In this document: positions 25,204 to 35,219 of the stretch, one piece after another | How the letters are laid out: each line of letters starts with the position of its first letter | Numbering within the stretch: position 1 is the stretch's first letter | Assembly: GCA_041661265.1 (NCBI GenBank) | Contig: JBAZUT010000001.1 | Span: 197,310-261,309, forward strand | DNA from: Minisyncoccota bacterium | Lineage (GTDB): Bacteria > Patescibacteriota > Minisyncoccia > JAHIHE01 > JAGLIN01 | Length of the DNA: 64,000 nt | Direction of reading: 5' to 3' | The notes under the pieces: generated by a model | Told to the model about the DNA's origin: nothing | The model's input: the letters and a program-made list of their open reading frames with translations, nothing else | The model's database searches: none | Position numbers and translations under genes: made by a program

Positions 25204-27972
25204 CTAAACCTCCTCCATTTCTTCCCAATTATCCCCGATCTTAACATCCACCTCGATCGGCACCGGAAAATCTATTTTCTTTCCGTCAAGCTCAAGGTGG
25301 CCGTTTTCCATGATGCGCTTTATATCCGTGCTTGCCTCATCCGCATTTTCATTCTTGATCGAAAATACGAGCTCATCATGCACCTGCAGGAGCATCCAAA
25401 CCGCATCTTCATTTTTCCGGTTGTAGTCTTCGATCCATTTATCCAGCTTTATCATGGCGATCTTGATGATGTCAGCCGCGGTTCCCTGGATCGGCATGTT
25501 GATGGCCATCCTTTCCGCCGCATTCTTCACGATCGCATTCGGAGATTTAAGTTCCGGAAGATATCTCCTTCTGCCCCAAAGCGTTTCGGCATAGCCTTTT
25601 TCCCTCGCATCCGTTTTTGATCTCTCGATATATTTTGCAACCGCCGAAAATCTTTTCATATAGCTGTCAATGAATTTTTTAGCCTTGGCGCGATCGATCC
25701 CCGCCGATTGGGAAAATCCATAAACGCTCATTCCATAGATCACGCCGAAATTCAGCGCCTTTGCCGCCCTCCTCATTTCAGGAGTGACCTTGTCTATCGG
25801 AACTTCGTTGACCTCGGCCGCCGTTGCTGCATGAATATCAAGCCCCTTGTTGAAAATATCTTTCATTATCCTGTCATCCGCGATCATGGCGATGATCCTG
25901 AGCTCGATCTGCGAATAATCGCAGGAAACCAGTTTTCTTTTCGGTTCCGCAATGAAAGCCCTCCTGATCCTGCGCCCTTCTTCCGTCCTGACGGGAATAT
26001 TCTGAAGATTCGGGTCCGAGGAAGAAAGCCTGCCGGTGGATGTGACATCCTGATTGAATGTCGTGTGAAGCCTTTTCGTCCTCTTGTTCACAAGCTTCGG
26101 CAGGGCGTCGATATACGTATTCTTCAGTTTCGTGAGCTCTTTGTATTGCGATATGAAATCAATGATTATATGTTTGTCGCGCAGCTTTTCCAGCTCGGTG
26201 GAAGCGACCGAATATCCCGTCGTAGTCTTTTTGATATCTGCTGTCGGAAGCTTCATTTTTCCGAAAAGGACCTCGGAAAGCTGCTGAGAGGAATTTATGT
26301 TGAAAGTATCATCGCCGGAAAGCTTGTGGATGTTTGCGGAAAGCTTGGTTACTTTCTCTTCAACCTCATTTGAAAGATTCTTGAGTATCACCGAATCTAT
26401 CTTCACACCCCTAGCCTCCATTTTTGAAAGTATTCTTAAGAGTGGCATATCGATCTTGTGAAAAAGATCCTTCATCCCCGCCTTCTCGAGTTCGCTTTCG
26501 AGCTTTTCCATAAGTTCAAATGAAACCCCAAGATTTGCGGTCTCTTTGGATTCGCCTTTTTCCGTTTTTCCTTTTTTCTCAAAGATGATCTCGCCCGAAG
26601 GCACAGTTTCAAGATAGCTGAAAATGATCTTATCCTCGCCATAGTCCCTTTTTCCCGGATCAAGGAGATAGGCTGCGATCTTGGAATCGAAATACAGGCC
26701 ATCAATCGCAATTCCGTTTTCAAGAAGCGTTTCTATGTCCGGTTTCAGGAAAAATCCTATCTTTTTCAACCCGGCATCTTCCAGAAAAGGCTTCAAGGCG
26801 CCCAGATCGCCGGGCAGCTCTCCTTTGGAAGCCGAGAAAAGATCAAGCTTATTCTCCGATTTCTTGATTGGTATCTTATAAGCTTTGCCTTTTCCAAAAT
26901 AAAAAGATATGGATATGATATCCCCGCCCGAAGTTCCGTCTTCGCGCTCGGTTCTCATGGCAATATTTTCCTGTTTTTTGAGCTCATCGAGGAAGCGCTT
27001 GAACTCAGTATCGCTTTCAATCAAAACGCATTTTATATTTTTTGAACTTGCTGTCTTTTCCTTGGGCCTTTCAGATCTTTCCAGGGTATTCACATTCTCG
27101 ACTCTTTCGATGAGGCTGTAGAACTCAAGCTCTTTAAAAAGCTTATTGAGCTCGTTTTTGTCGTAATCGCCCCAAACCGCTTTTACAAGGTCCAATTCCA
27201 CATCAACATCCCTCTTGATCGTGGCAAGCTCCCTGCTCATCATAGCTTCCTTTTTCTGAGCGACGAGCTTTTCCCGGACTTTCGGCTTAATAAGATCCCC
27301 ACTCTTTCCTTTTTCCAGGGCTTCATAGATCCCCTCCATAGTTTTGAATTTTTTCAGAAGATCTGTCGCCCCTTTTTCGCCTATTCCCTTTACGCCGGGA
27401 ATGTTGTCGGAAGGGTCTCCGCGCAATCCCTTGAAATCAATGATCTGGTCCGGCGTAAGGCCGTATCTTTGACCAACCGCCGCGGCATCATAAATGACCG
27501 TATCTTTGATCCCCTTTCTCAAAGTGTAAACTTTCGTATTGTCATTGATCAGCTGAAGAACATCGAGATCCCCCGTAACGATCATTGTCTCGAGTTTTTC
27601 CTGTGCAGCTTTTTTGGCCAGCGTTCCGATGATGTCATCAGCTTCAAATCCTTTCTTTTCGACGATGGGAATATTCAGAACCCTCACCACATCTTTTATC
27701 TTAGGTATCTGGTCATAGAATTCCTGGTCCGGCTTCACCCTTCCCGCCTTGTATTTGTCATATATCTTGTCGCGGAAAGTTCCTCCGGCCACATCAAAAG
27801 CCGCAACCATATAATCCGGTTTCAGTTCCTTTATGACCCCCAACAGCACCGATGTGAACCCGTATACCGCATTGACCAGCTCGCCCTTTCTGGTTGTGAG
27901 GGGCGGAAGCGCATGATATGCTCTGTGCATCAGGGCGTTACCGTCAATTAAAATTAATTTTTTACTCTTCAT
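25204..27972 (-). CDS. polA: DNA polymerase I (5'-3' exonuclease, degenerate 3'-5' exonuclease, polymerase)
   Basis: LIDGNALMHRAYHA, EADD, GDPSDNIPGV, TGRLSSSDPNLQNIP, DYSQIELR, LQVHDEL. Confidence 0.98.
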   Translation of the reverse strand: MKSKKLILIDGNALMHRAYHALPPLTTRKGELVNAVYGFTSVLLGVIKELKPDYMVAAFDVAGGTFRDKIYDKYKAGRVKPDQEFYDQIPKIKDVVRVLNIPIVEKKGFEADDIIGTLAKKAAQEKLETMIVTGDLDVLQLINDNTKVYTLRKGIKDTVIYDAAAVGQRYGLTPDQIIDFKGLRGDPSDNIPGVKGIGEKGATDLLKKFKTMEGIYEALEKGKSGDLIKPKVREKLVAQKKEAMMSRELATIKRDVDVELDLVKAVWGDYDKNELNKLFKELEFYSLIERVENVNTLERSERPKEKTASSKNIKCVLIESDTEFKRFLDELKKQENIAMRTEREDGTSGGDIISISFYFGKGKAYKIPIKKSENKLDLFSASKGELPGDLGALKPFLEDAGLKKIGFFLKPDIETLLENGIAIDGLYFDSKIAAYLLDPGKRDYGEDKIIFSYLETVPSGEIIFEKKGKTEKGESKETANLGVSFELMEKLESELEKAGMKDLFHKIDMPLLRILSKMEARGVKIDSVILKNLSNEVEEKVTKLSANIHKLSGDDTFNINSSQQLSEVLFGKMKLPTADIKKTTTGYSVASTELEKLRDKHIIIDFISQYKELTKLKNTYIDALPKLVNKRTKRLHTTFNQDVTSTGRLSSSDPNLQNIPVRTEEGRRIRRAFIAEPKRKLVSCDYSQIELRIIAMIADDRIMKDIFNKGLDIHAATAAEVNEVPIDKVTPEMRRAAKALNFGVIYGMSVYGFSQSAGIDRAKAKKFIDSYMKRFSAVAKYIERSKTDAREKGYAETLWGRRRYLPELKSPNAIVKNAAERMAINMPIQGTAADIIKIAMIKLDKWIEDYNRKNEDAVWMLLQVHDELVFSIKNENADEASTDIKRIMENGHLELDGKKIDFPVPIEVDVKIGDNWEEMEEV

Positions 27973-28102
27973 CTTCGTCATTCGGGAATAATATTGATAA
28001 TGATTAATTATAGCTTTTTTTATCCATCGGAGCAAAAAAATATTGCCAATTTTCATTTTTTCCCATACTATTATGAGCAGTATTTATGAATATAGGGGGG
28101 TA

Positions 28103-28130
28103 TTGACAAAATTTGTGGATATGATATAAT
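28103..28130 (+). promoter_or_regulatory. sigma70 promoter followed by a ~160-nt structured leader
   Basis: TTGACA-16 bp-TATAAT; stems 28165-28175/28209-28219 and 28235-28244/28260-28269. Confidence 0.65.
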
Positions 28131-28296
28131 AAGCAGTTGATTTATGATCTTTGAATACAGTGCAATTTATAGCAGATTTAGAGCCCGCACAGGAAACGAG
28201 CTATAAAGCTGCTATAAATCTATGCATAGTAGCGGTTTAATCCCGAATCCTAGGAAATTGGGATTAAGCAATTGTATATGAAAAATTACGGAGGAA

Positions 28297-28710
28297 ATGT
28301 ATATGAGCAATGTAATATCAAGACTATTGGAACTGTTGTTTGGAAAGAAATTTGGCTTAAAAGAAGCCCGGCTACTGCAAGAAGCATTGGAAGATGGCAA
28401 GAAAGTGAGCATTGACACAGTAACTGCAATGCTTAACATTCTCGACGTCGAAAACACTGTTAAAGCAGACATCCAGAAGGAAGTTGCCATGATGACCAAA
28501 GAGGTCTCTGAGCTAAGCACGGCAAATACCCAGATAACAACTGCGGAAGAACAGGCAGAAAAAGCTCTGCTAGAACAGATCGAGCAGCTCAGGAAAGCAA
28601 GAGAGGAAGCTGCAACGGAAGCAGAAGAAGTTGTTGCTGCCAACACAGCAGCCAAGAAAGATCTCCAAGAAAACATCGAGGAGACGAACAGTCTAGCCAT
28701 ATATGGCTAA
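28297..28710 (+). CDS. Ala/Glu-rich coiled-coil protein
   Basis: GGAGG SD; heptad-like composition. Confidence 0.75.
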   Translation: MYMSNVISRLLELLFGKKFGLKEARLLQEALEDGKKVSIDTVTAMLNILDVENTVKADIQKEVAMMTKEVSELSTANTQITTAEEQAEKALLEQIEQLRKAREEAATEAEEVVAANTAAKKDLQENIEETNSLAIYG

Positions 28711-28792
28711 ACCAAACAAGTAATAAGACCTTCTCAAAGAATGAGAAAACCACCTTATTACTTTTTTCATATCCAAAAAAAATGAGGAAATC

Positions 28793-29254
28793 CTATTCCT
28801 CTTTTTTATTATATTCTTTTTTGAAATACTCCTTCAGTTCAAGCTCACCCTTGTCTGTCATGTGAATAATTTGCTCAGCCGGATATTCCACGATTTTAAC
28901 AAGGCTATTATTGATCAGGAAATCAACTGTGCCAGGAGGAGCATTGTTCTCGAAGTCAGACTTTTTCATCCCCTTTCTGTTGTTCCCGATCTCCATTCTG
29001 TTCTTTATGTTTTCCAAAACGATCATCGACCGGTATTCGGTGACATATTCCTGCACTTTGGCGGAAATCTCGATCTTGGAGTCTTCGCCTGGCGCAGCTA
29101 TCCAGCCCAGTTTATCCTTAATCAGGAAGATCAGCCCGTCGGACGCCTCTTTTCTTAGGGAAGCAAGAGTTAATTCTCCATCTCTTATCCGGACAACAAG
29201 CCCGATAGCCTCCGGAAATGAAATATTTTCATCTATCTTATTAATTTCGTGCAA
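28793..29254 (-). CDS. hypothetical protein (possible C-terminal winged helix)
   Basis: VDFLINNSLVKI...HMTDKGELEL resembles a wHTH wing. Confidence 0.6.
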   Translation of the reverse strand: MHEINKIDENISFPEAIGLVVRIRDGELTLASLRKEASDGLIFLIKDKLGWIAAPGEDSKIEISAKVQEYVTEYRSMIVLENIKNRMEIGNNRKGMKKSDFENNAPPGTVDFLINNSLVKIVEYPAEQIIHMTDKGELELKEYFKKEYNKKEE

Positions 29255-29332
29255 TCAAATCACATCCTCTTAAGTCGCCCTTAAGTAATGTAAAATTATC
29301 AAAACATCGGGTCCTTGTCAATGACTCCCGAT

Positions 29333-29641
29333 TCAAATTTCGTCCGGAGTTATCGTGTCAGGCTCTTCTTTGCTCTCTTTCAATTCTTCCTTAGACTCCC
29401 GCACTGCCCCTGCTCCCGGAACAGAACCTTCCAGCCTTTCAATTCTCCCCTTCAGTGACCCGATCTCATCGAGCAGGCTTCCATCAACTTTTTTTTCTTC
29501 CAGCACCTTGAGATCGTCCTTCAGTTTCGCTACTTCGGATTCCCTTTTTTGAACAGCCTGACTGATCTTAATATCGATCCTCTTTTCCAGCTTTTCTTCA
29601 AGGTCGCTTAATCTCCCGTCAAGATATGCTTTTGTGATCAT
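29333..29641 (-). CDS. hypothetical coiled-coil protein
   Basis: ATG-started charged helical ORF. Confidence 0.65.
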   Translation of the reverse strand: MITKAYLDGRLSDLEEKLEKRIDIKISQAVQKRESEVAKLKDDLKVLEEKKVDGSLLDEIGSLKGRIERLEGSVPGAGAVRESKEELKESKEEPDTITPDEI

Positions 29642-29722
29642 AAAAAATCATTTTAACCTATTAGCATTTTAACATGTCGGCATGCTGATACAATAAAAAT
29701 AATATCATTTGTCTCAGTTTCA

Positions 29723-30187
29723 TTATGAAAGTTCGATTCTCCTGGTGTTTTCGTCAACGACCTCGAATTTCAAATTCAATCTTTTTCTGGGCAATGCTTC
29801 TTTGATCTTTTCGGGCCATTCAATGATGACTATATTGTTTTCTCCATGCAATATCTCTTCAAAACCGAGATCCGAGACTTCCTTCGCCTCCCGAATCCTA
29901 TAGCAATCAAAATGATAAAGCGTATATTTCTTATTCTTTTTTGAGGAATATTTTTTCATTATCACAAAAGTCGGACTGTTTACGATCCCCCCGACTCCAA
30001 GTTCTTCGGCAAGCGATTTCGTAAATGCAGTTTTCCCGGAACCAAGTTCCCCCGAAAGGCAGATGAGCCAATTGGAGTTTTTTTTCTTGTTCGCCTCAAG
30101 CCATCCGCGAAGAAGGATCTTCGCCAGGACCCGCGTATCTGCCGGACTTTCCGAGAAAACGATTTTTCTTTTCATAATCTTTTTCAA
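29723..30187 (-). CDS. tsaE: tRNA t6A biosynthesis ATPase TsaE
   Basis: GELGSGKT, VNSPTF, HFDCYR, IIEWPE. Confidence 0.95.
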   Translation of the reverse strand: MKKIMKRKIVFSESPADTRVLAKILLRGWLEANKKKNSNWLICLSGELGSGKTAFTKSLAEELGVGGIVNSPTFVIMKKYSSKKNKKYTLYHFDCYRIREAKEVSDLGFEEILHGENNIVIIEWPEKIKEALPRKRLNLKFEVVDENTRRIELS

Positions 30188-30442
30188 TAGATTTATTCCG
30201 TAACTCAGCCATAATCATCCCGTTAAACGGATATTTGTGGCTATGCTAATTATATCACTTCCTCAATGAATATATCAATCTGCAGCCTGGGCATACGCAA
30301 ATCCTCGCAAAATCCGCACCCCCTTGACGAATGCTTGCCGATGTAATAGAATGTTTAGATTTAGACACAAATGGCTATTGACACCCGAAAAATATGCTGT
30401 TAGAATGTTTAATCAACCGATATAATACCTCTAATTAACGCT

Positions 30443-31579
30443 ATGGCGCTTTCACCAAAAGAACAAATAATAGACCAGATCAACAAGAGCGAGACCATTT
30501 TGATATGTACCAGCAAAAACCCGAATGGTGATGCCCTAGGCGCTGCCTTGGGTTTTTATTTGGCCCTGAAGAAACTCGGGAAGAAAACCGATATAGTAAG
30601 CCCCACCGGAATAGTGAGCAAATATCTGTTCCTTCCGTCTGCGAACCTCATCACTCACAAACTGGAAGGCGCAAAGGACTATGTCCTTTCTTTGGACATA
30701 GATAAAGAGAAGCTGCAACAGCTCAGATACGAGGTCAGTGAAAAGAAACTGAGGATCTATATCACTGCAAAAAGCGGAGAATTGAAAGAAAACAACATAT
30801 CGATCGAGTCTGCAAGATTCAAATATGACCTCATTATCGTCGTTGGAACGGGAGATCTTGAGAACCTGGGAACTATCTATGATGACAATTCGGAGCTCTT
30901 TTATGAAGCTCCGGTTGTTAATATAGATCACAATCCGTCAAATGAATATTTCGGAAAAATAAACCTTGTGGATGTCACGGTTTCATCCAGTTCGGAAATA
31001 ATTTTCAACCTGATATCATCCATCGACGAAAAACTATTTGACGAAAACATATCGACAAATCTGCTTGCGGGAATCATCTCCGAAACAGAAAGCTTCCAGA
31101 ACAAAAATACGACGCCAAAAGCATTCCTGGCGGCCGCATCGCTTGTTTCATTCGGGGCGAATAAACAGAATATAACCAGATTCCTATATAAGACGAAATC
31201 CATTTCACTCCTGAAACTGATGGGCAAGGTCATGTCCAATTTGAAATACAACAGCCAATACAAACTCGGATGGTCCGTCATCAATGAAGAGTTCGCGTCC
31301 GACGACGCGCAATTGGAAAACCTGCGGACAGCGATAAAAGAACTCGGCAGCAGTTCTCCGGAGTTCAGTCTTCTTTTTGTTCTTTTTAAGCAGAACAATG
31401 CGATAAAGGGAATTATAAATTTTTCGGAAAAAGCCCCCATAGACTCCCTCGCCAGATCGTTTGGCGGAGAAGTTGACAATGGACAGATCGTATTTGCCAG
31501 CAAGGAACAGCTCATAGAGAATGCGGAAAAAGAAACATTGAAAAATATCAAGGACTGGGCCGATGGCCTGAAAGGATAG
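30443..31579 (+). CDS. DHH/NrnA-like phosphoesterase with degenerate motifs
   Basis: KNPNGDALG, NIDHNPSN, SSSSEI, LLAGIISETESF. Confidence 0.8.
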   Translation: MALSPKEQIIDQINKSETILICTSKNPNGDALGAALGFYLALKKLGKKTDIVSPTGIVSKYLFLPSANLITHKLEGAKDYVLSLDIDKEKLQQLRYEVSEKKLRIYITAKSGELKENNISIESARFKYDLIIVVGTGDLENLGTIYDDNSELFYEAPVVNIDHNPSNEYFGKINLVDVTVSSSSEIIFNLISSIDEKLFDENISTNLLAGIISETESFQNKNTTPKAFLAAASLVSFGANKQNITRFLYKTKSISLLKLMGKVMSNLKYNSQYKLGWSVINEEFASDDAQLENLRTAIKELGSSSPEFSLLFVLFKQNNAIKGIINFSEKAPIDSLARSFGGEVDNGQIVFASKEQLIENAEKETLKNIKDWADGLKG

Positions 31580-31664
31580 ATCCGCTTCCAAACTATTATC
31601 ATATCGGTATCCGGCCTCGTGGCGGGGTATTTTTTATTTGTCATTTTTTTCTCAATAAAGTAAA

Positions 31665-33428
31665 ATGAAGACAGATAACCATTTATCGTTCAATCATATG
31701 CAGCACACAACCAAACAAGACGGTACATCCGCAGAAAGCACAAAGGTCAAAGATAAGATACAAGAAGAAACCCTTAAGCGGCTATACCACAAGAGCGAGG
31801 AAGAAAAAGCGAATGGAGTCGCCACCAGATTCAAACTGCCATATGTTGATTTGAGCCTGATCCCGGTTACGGACGATGCAGTTAATGCGATATCCGAGGA
31901 AGAAGCAAAAAAAGCGAACCTTGCAGTGATCTATAAGGTCGGCAAGAAATATCAGGTTGCCGTAACGGATCCCGAAAATTACGAAACGAAAAAGCTTCTG
32001 GAAAAAATAAAAAAAGATGAAGGCATAAACTACAGCCTGGTCATTGTCTCCAGCGACAGCCTGAACAAGGCATGGTCAAGCTATGGCAAGGGCAGCGTCT
32101 CCGAAACCTACGAAAACCAGGGAATGTCATTGAAACAGGAAGATCTCACGGAATTCGAAAAAGGCATAAACAATCTCATTGAACTGAAAAAAAGGATAGC
32201 CGAAATACACACGACTGAAGTTTTTAATATAGTCATGGCAGGAGCCATAAAGACCAAGGCAAGCGACGTGCATATAGAACCGCAAGAGAATCAGATAAGA
32301 TTGCGGTATAGGATCGATGGCGTGCTCCAGGATATAATCAATTTGCCGAAACAAGTCCATAAAACCATAGTTTCCAGGCTAAAAATGCTTTCAAAAATGA
32401 AATTAAACGTGTCAGATGTCCCCCAGGATGGACATTTCAGCATCGAACTTGAAAATACTACTGTCAACATCAGGGCCTCGATCCTCCCCACCAGTTTCGG
32501 AGAAAGCATCGTAATGAGGCTTCTCTCGGAAAGCTCTATAGGCCTGAAACTGGATGAGCTTGGCTTCAATCAATATTATCTCGAGTTCATCGAAGAACAA
32601 ATGCTGAAACCGAATGGAATGGTCCTCACTACCGGACCGACCGGAAGCGGAAAAACCACGACGCTATACGCCATGATACATCGCCTCAATGAGCCGAGTG
32701 AAAAGATCATAACTCTGGAAAATCCGGTGGAATATAAAGTGGAAGGCATAACCCAGACCGAGGTCGGAGAAAATATGCAGATAACATTTGCCGAGGGCCT
32801 GAGATCGGTCGTCAGGCAAGACCCTGATATCATAATGGTCGGAGAGATCAGAGATGCCGAAACTGCCGAAACTGCCGTTCAGGCCGCTCTAACCGGACAT
32901 CTGGTGCTCTCGACGCTACACACGAACAGCGCTGCCGGCGCGATTCCAAGGCTTCTCCATCTCAAAGTGAATCCCGCCTTGATCGCACCGTCCATAAACG
33001 CGATAATCGCCCAGAGACTCGTCAGAAAACTCTGCACGCACTGCAAAGAAGAATATGTACCTGCCCAAGAAACAATAGACAAGGTCAAGGAAATAATCGA
33101 CCAGATCCCAAAAAATGACGGCTTGGGCATTCCGACGGAAATCAAGGTTCTCTACAGGAGCAGAGGATGCGCAAAGTGCAACTTCATCGGATATTCAGGA
33201 CGAATCGGAATATATGAAATGTTCGGCATGTCGCCCGGCATAGAAAAGATCATCTTGGGCGATACATCGTCATCTCAAATGCTTGAAGCGGCTCGAAAAG
33301 ACGGAATGATAACCATGAAAGAAGACGGGATACTGAAAGCGCTGAATGGCGTAACTTCGCTCGAAGAAATAAGAAGGGTCACCGGAGAAATTTTCAGCAA
33401 AAAGGAACTGATGAATAAAGAATTATAA
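31665..33428 (+). CDS. GspE/PilB family type IV pilus assembly ATPase
   Basis: ASDVHIEP, RYRIDG, PQDG, GPTGSGKTT, RQDPDIIMVGEIRD, TGHLVLSTLH, CxxC pairs. Confidence 0.95.
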   Translation: MKTDNHLSFNHMQHTTKQDGTSAESTKVKDKIQEETLKRLYHKSEEEKANGVATRFKLPYVDLSLIPVTDDAVNAISEEEAKKANLAVIYKVGKKYQVAVTDPENYETKKLLEKIKKDEGINYSLVIVSSDSLNKAWSSYGKGSVSETYENQGMSLKQEDLTEFEKGINNLIELKKRIAEIHTTEVFNIVMAGAIKTKASDVHIEPQENQIRLRYRIDGVLQDIINLPKQVHKTIVSRLKMLSKMKLNVSDVPQDGHFSIELENTTVNIRASILPTSFGESIVMRLLSESSIGLKLDELGFNQYYLEFIEEQMLKPNGMVLTTGPTGSGKTTTLYAMIHRLNEPSEKIITLENPVEYKVEGITQTEVGENMQITFAEGLRSVVRQDPDIIMVGEIRDAETAETAVQAALTGHLVLSTLHTNSAAGAIPRLLHLKVNPALIAPSINAIIAQRLVRKLCTHCKEEYVPAQETIDKVKEIIDQIPKNDGLGIPTEIKVLYRSRGCAKCNFIGYSGRIGIYEMFGMSPGIEKIILGDTSSSQMLEAARKDGMITMKEDGILKALNGVTSLEEIRRVTGEIFSKKELMNKEL

Positions 33429-33485
33429 TATCCCCTATCAAAAATACCCCGCCACAGCGGGGGTTTTTTGTGCTATTATATATGA

Positions 33486-34481
33486 TTACTTAAAAGCTTC
33501 GTACTTCCCGAAATATTCGCTTGCCATTCTCTCGTTGCCTATTTTCCTGAATACGCTGCCCAGCCAGAAAAACGTTTCTCCATTATGACCGTCAAGCTTA
33601 AGTGCTCTCGCCAGATCATCCAGCGAGGATGCGTAATCTTCGGTCATAAAATGCGATTTTCCGAGCATGATCCATGCGTCTCTGTATGACTCGTCGGAAG
33701 TGACCGCTTTTTGGGCCCTGTTTATAGCGAGGTAAGGTTCCTGCAAAGAGTTGTAAAGAGAAGCCGCCATAATATCGCTAAAACCGTTATTATATTTGCT
33801 GTTATATTTTCCGATAAAATTGTCTATCTCCCTGACCTTCCACCCGTATTCATCGGAAGACCTGATCTCATCCAAATATGAGTTTGGGGATATGTTCCTA
33901 TCGAACTCAAGAAGACCAACATTATACAACAATTCCTCGTTGCCCTTGCCCTCCGGAATTTCCGAATAGAGACTTCTCAGGATGTTTCCGGCAATATCCA
34001 TTTCCCCCTTGGCCATGAAAACCTTGGACCTCTTTATGCCAAGATCCAATTTAGTTTTCGGACCATCATTATATTGAATGGCATTATTATAAAAACTTAT
34101 AGCCCTATCAAGATCTTTTTTCTTATAATACAGGCTTCCCAAAAGCCCATATGCTTCATATCTTCTCTTTTCTTCTATTATGGCCTGCGTAAATTCTTTT
34201 TCAGCCTCATCTAATTTTCCAAATTTAAAAAATATCTCCCCTCTTCTGATCTTTGAAAGATAGGAAATTTCTCTGCCATCATCAAGCTTGTCGGCGTAAT
34301 AATAGTCCCTAAGAGCTCCGTTGTAATCCGAACCTGCCAGCTTCGAGTTGCCTTCATTGATATAGCCGTTTGCAAATCCTTCCGTCCATCTTTGGAATAC
34401 GGCCAATAGCAAAAAAACCAGCAATGCCGCCAAAAATAATCTCTTATTTATCTTGTATTTAAGTTCTTTTGCCGATATCAT
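33486..34481 (-). CDS. tetratricopeptide repeat protein, membrane-anchored
   Basis: Repeated TPR-like helices (AYGLLGSLY, AWIMLGKSH, FFWLGSVF); N-terminal TM. Confidence 0.8.
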   Translation of the reverse strand: MISAKELKYKINKRLFLAALLVFLLLAVFQRWTEGFANGYINEGNSKLAGSDYNGALRDYYYADKLDDGREISYLSKIRRGEIFFKFGKLDEAEKEFTQAIIEEKRRYEAYGLLGSLYYKKKDLDRAISFYNNAIQYNDGPKTKLDLGIKRSKVFMAKGEMDIAGNILRSLYSEIPEGKGNEELLYNVGLLEFDRNISPNSYLDEIRSSDEYGWKVREIDNFIGKYNSKYNNGFSDIMAASLYNSLQEPYLAINRAQKAVTSDESYRDAWIMLGKSHFMTEDYASSLDDLARALKLDGHNGETFFWLGSVFRKIGNERMASEYFGKYEAFK

Positions 34482-34538
34482 GATATTTTTTAACTGATAT
34501 CAGTATAGCATATCGAAGACATAAAAAAAATCGCCGGG

Positions 34539-34859
34539 CTATTTAACTTTTTTTGATAAATATCTCCTGCGACAAGAAGCGTATGTCCTCCTTATAAATG
34601 GCACCAGATCCACATATGCCAGCCATATGATCGAAACCGCTCCAAGAAGCAGGATCGAAATAAATCCGACGCCGAATCCCAACCGGGTCCTTCCGATAAA
34701 GATCGTGGAAAGCGCACACAATATGGCGACGATAAAAACAATGGCGCAGAGCTTGAAAATAACTGTTTTTTCGAACTCAAGCTGACGATCTGTCCTTTCC
34801 AATGCCCACTTCAAGCCGCTGTCCCGGATATGACTGAACTTATTTTCACCTTCTTTCAA
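34539..34859 (-). CDS. small membrane protein
   Basis: Two TM helices; GAGGTGA SD before TTG; own TTGACC/TATGAT promoter. Confidence 0.7.
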   Translation of the reverse strand: MKEGENKFSHIRDSGLKWALERTDRQLEFEKTVIFKLCAIVFIVAILCALSTIFIGRTRLGFGVGFISILLLGAVSIIWLAYVDLVPFIRRTYASCRRRYLSKKVK

Positions 34860-34915
34860 TGTGCCTCACCTCTGGAAGGAATCATAACAGATTGATTAAA
34901 ACGGTCAAACAAAAC

Positions 34916-35089
34916 AAAAAAGCTCAATAATTTGTAGGCAGCTAGGTTCTCAATTTAAAATAAAATTAAGACTGGAGAAATTACCGAGGAATAGACCAGC
35001 AAAAACCAGACTACCCAAATCTGGGACAATTGCCCCGACTACCTACAAGTTACCGAACTTTTTGTAAAATAAAGCACTATTCGAGTTAA
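34916..35089 (-). ncRNA. candidate stand-alone structured ncRNA (~175 nt), family unidentified
   Basis: Promoter TTGACA-17-TAATAT (35124-35096); ~25-bp closing stem rich in G-U pairs on the minus strand; internal hairpins; ends in a U run; no convincing ORF. Confidence 0.55.
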
Positions 35090-35219
35090 CATTGAATATT
35101 AGCAGACATTCGAATAGTTGTCAATACCCTGTATTTTGGCTATAATGGCTATATGCGGTGATGCTAAAAGAGCCCTTTTAAAAAGCTCCGGCTCTATTAT
35201 ATATAAACGTTATAAATAC

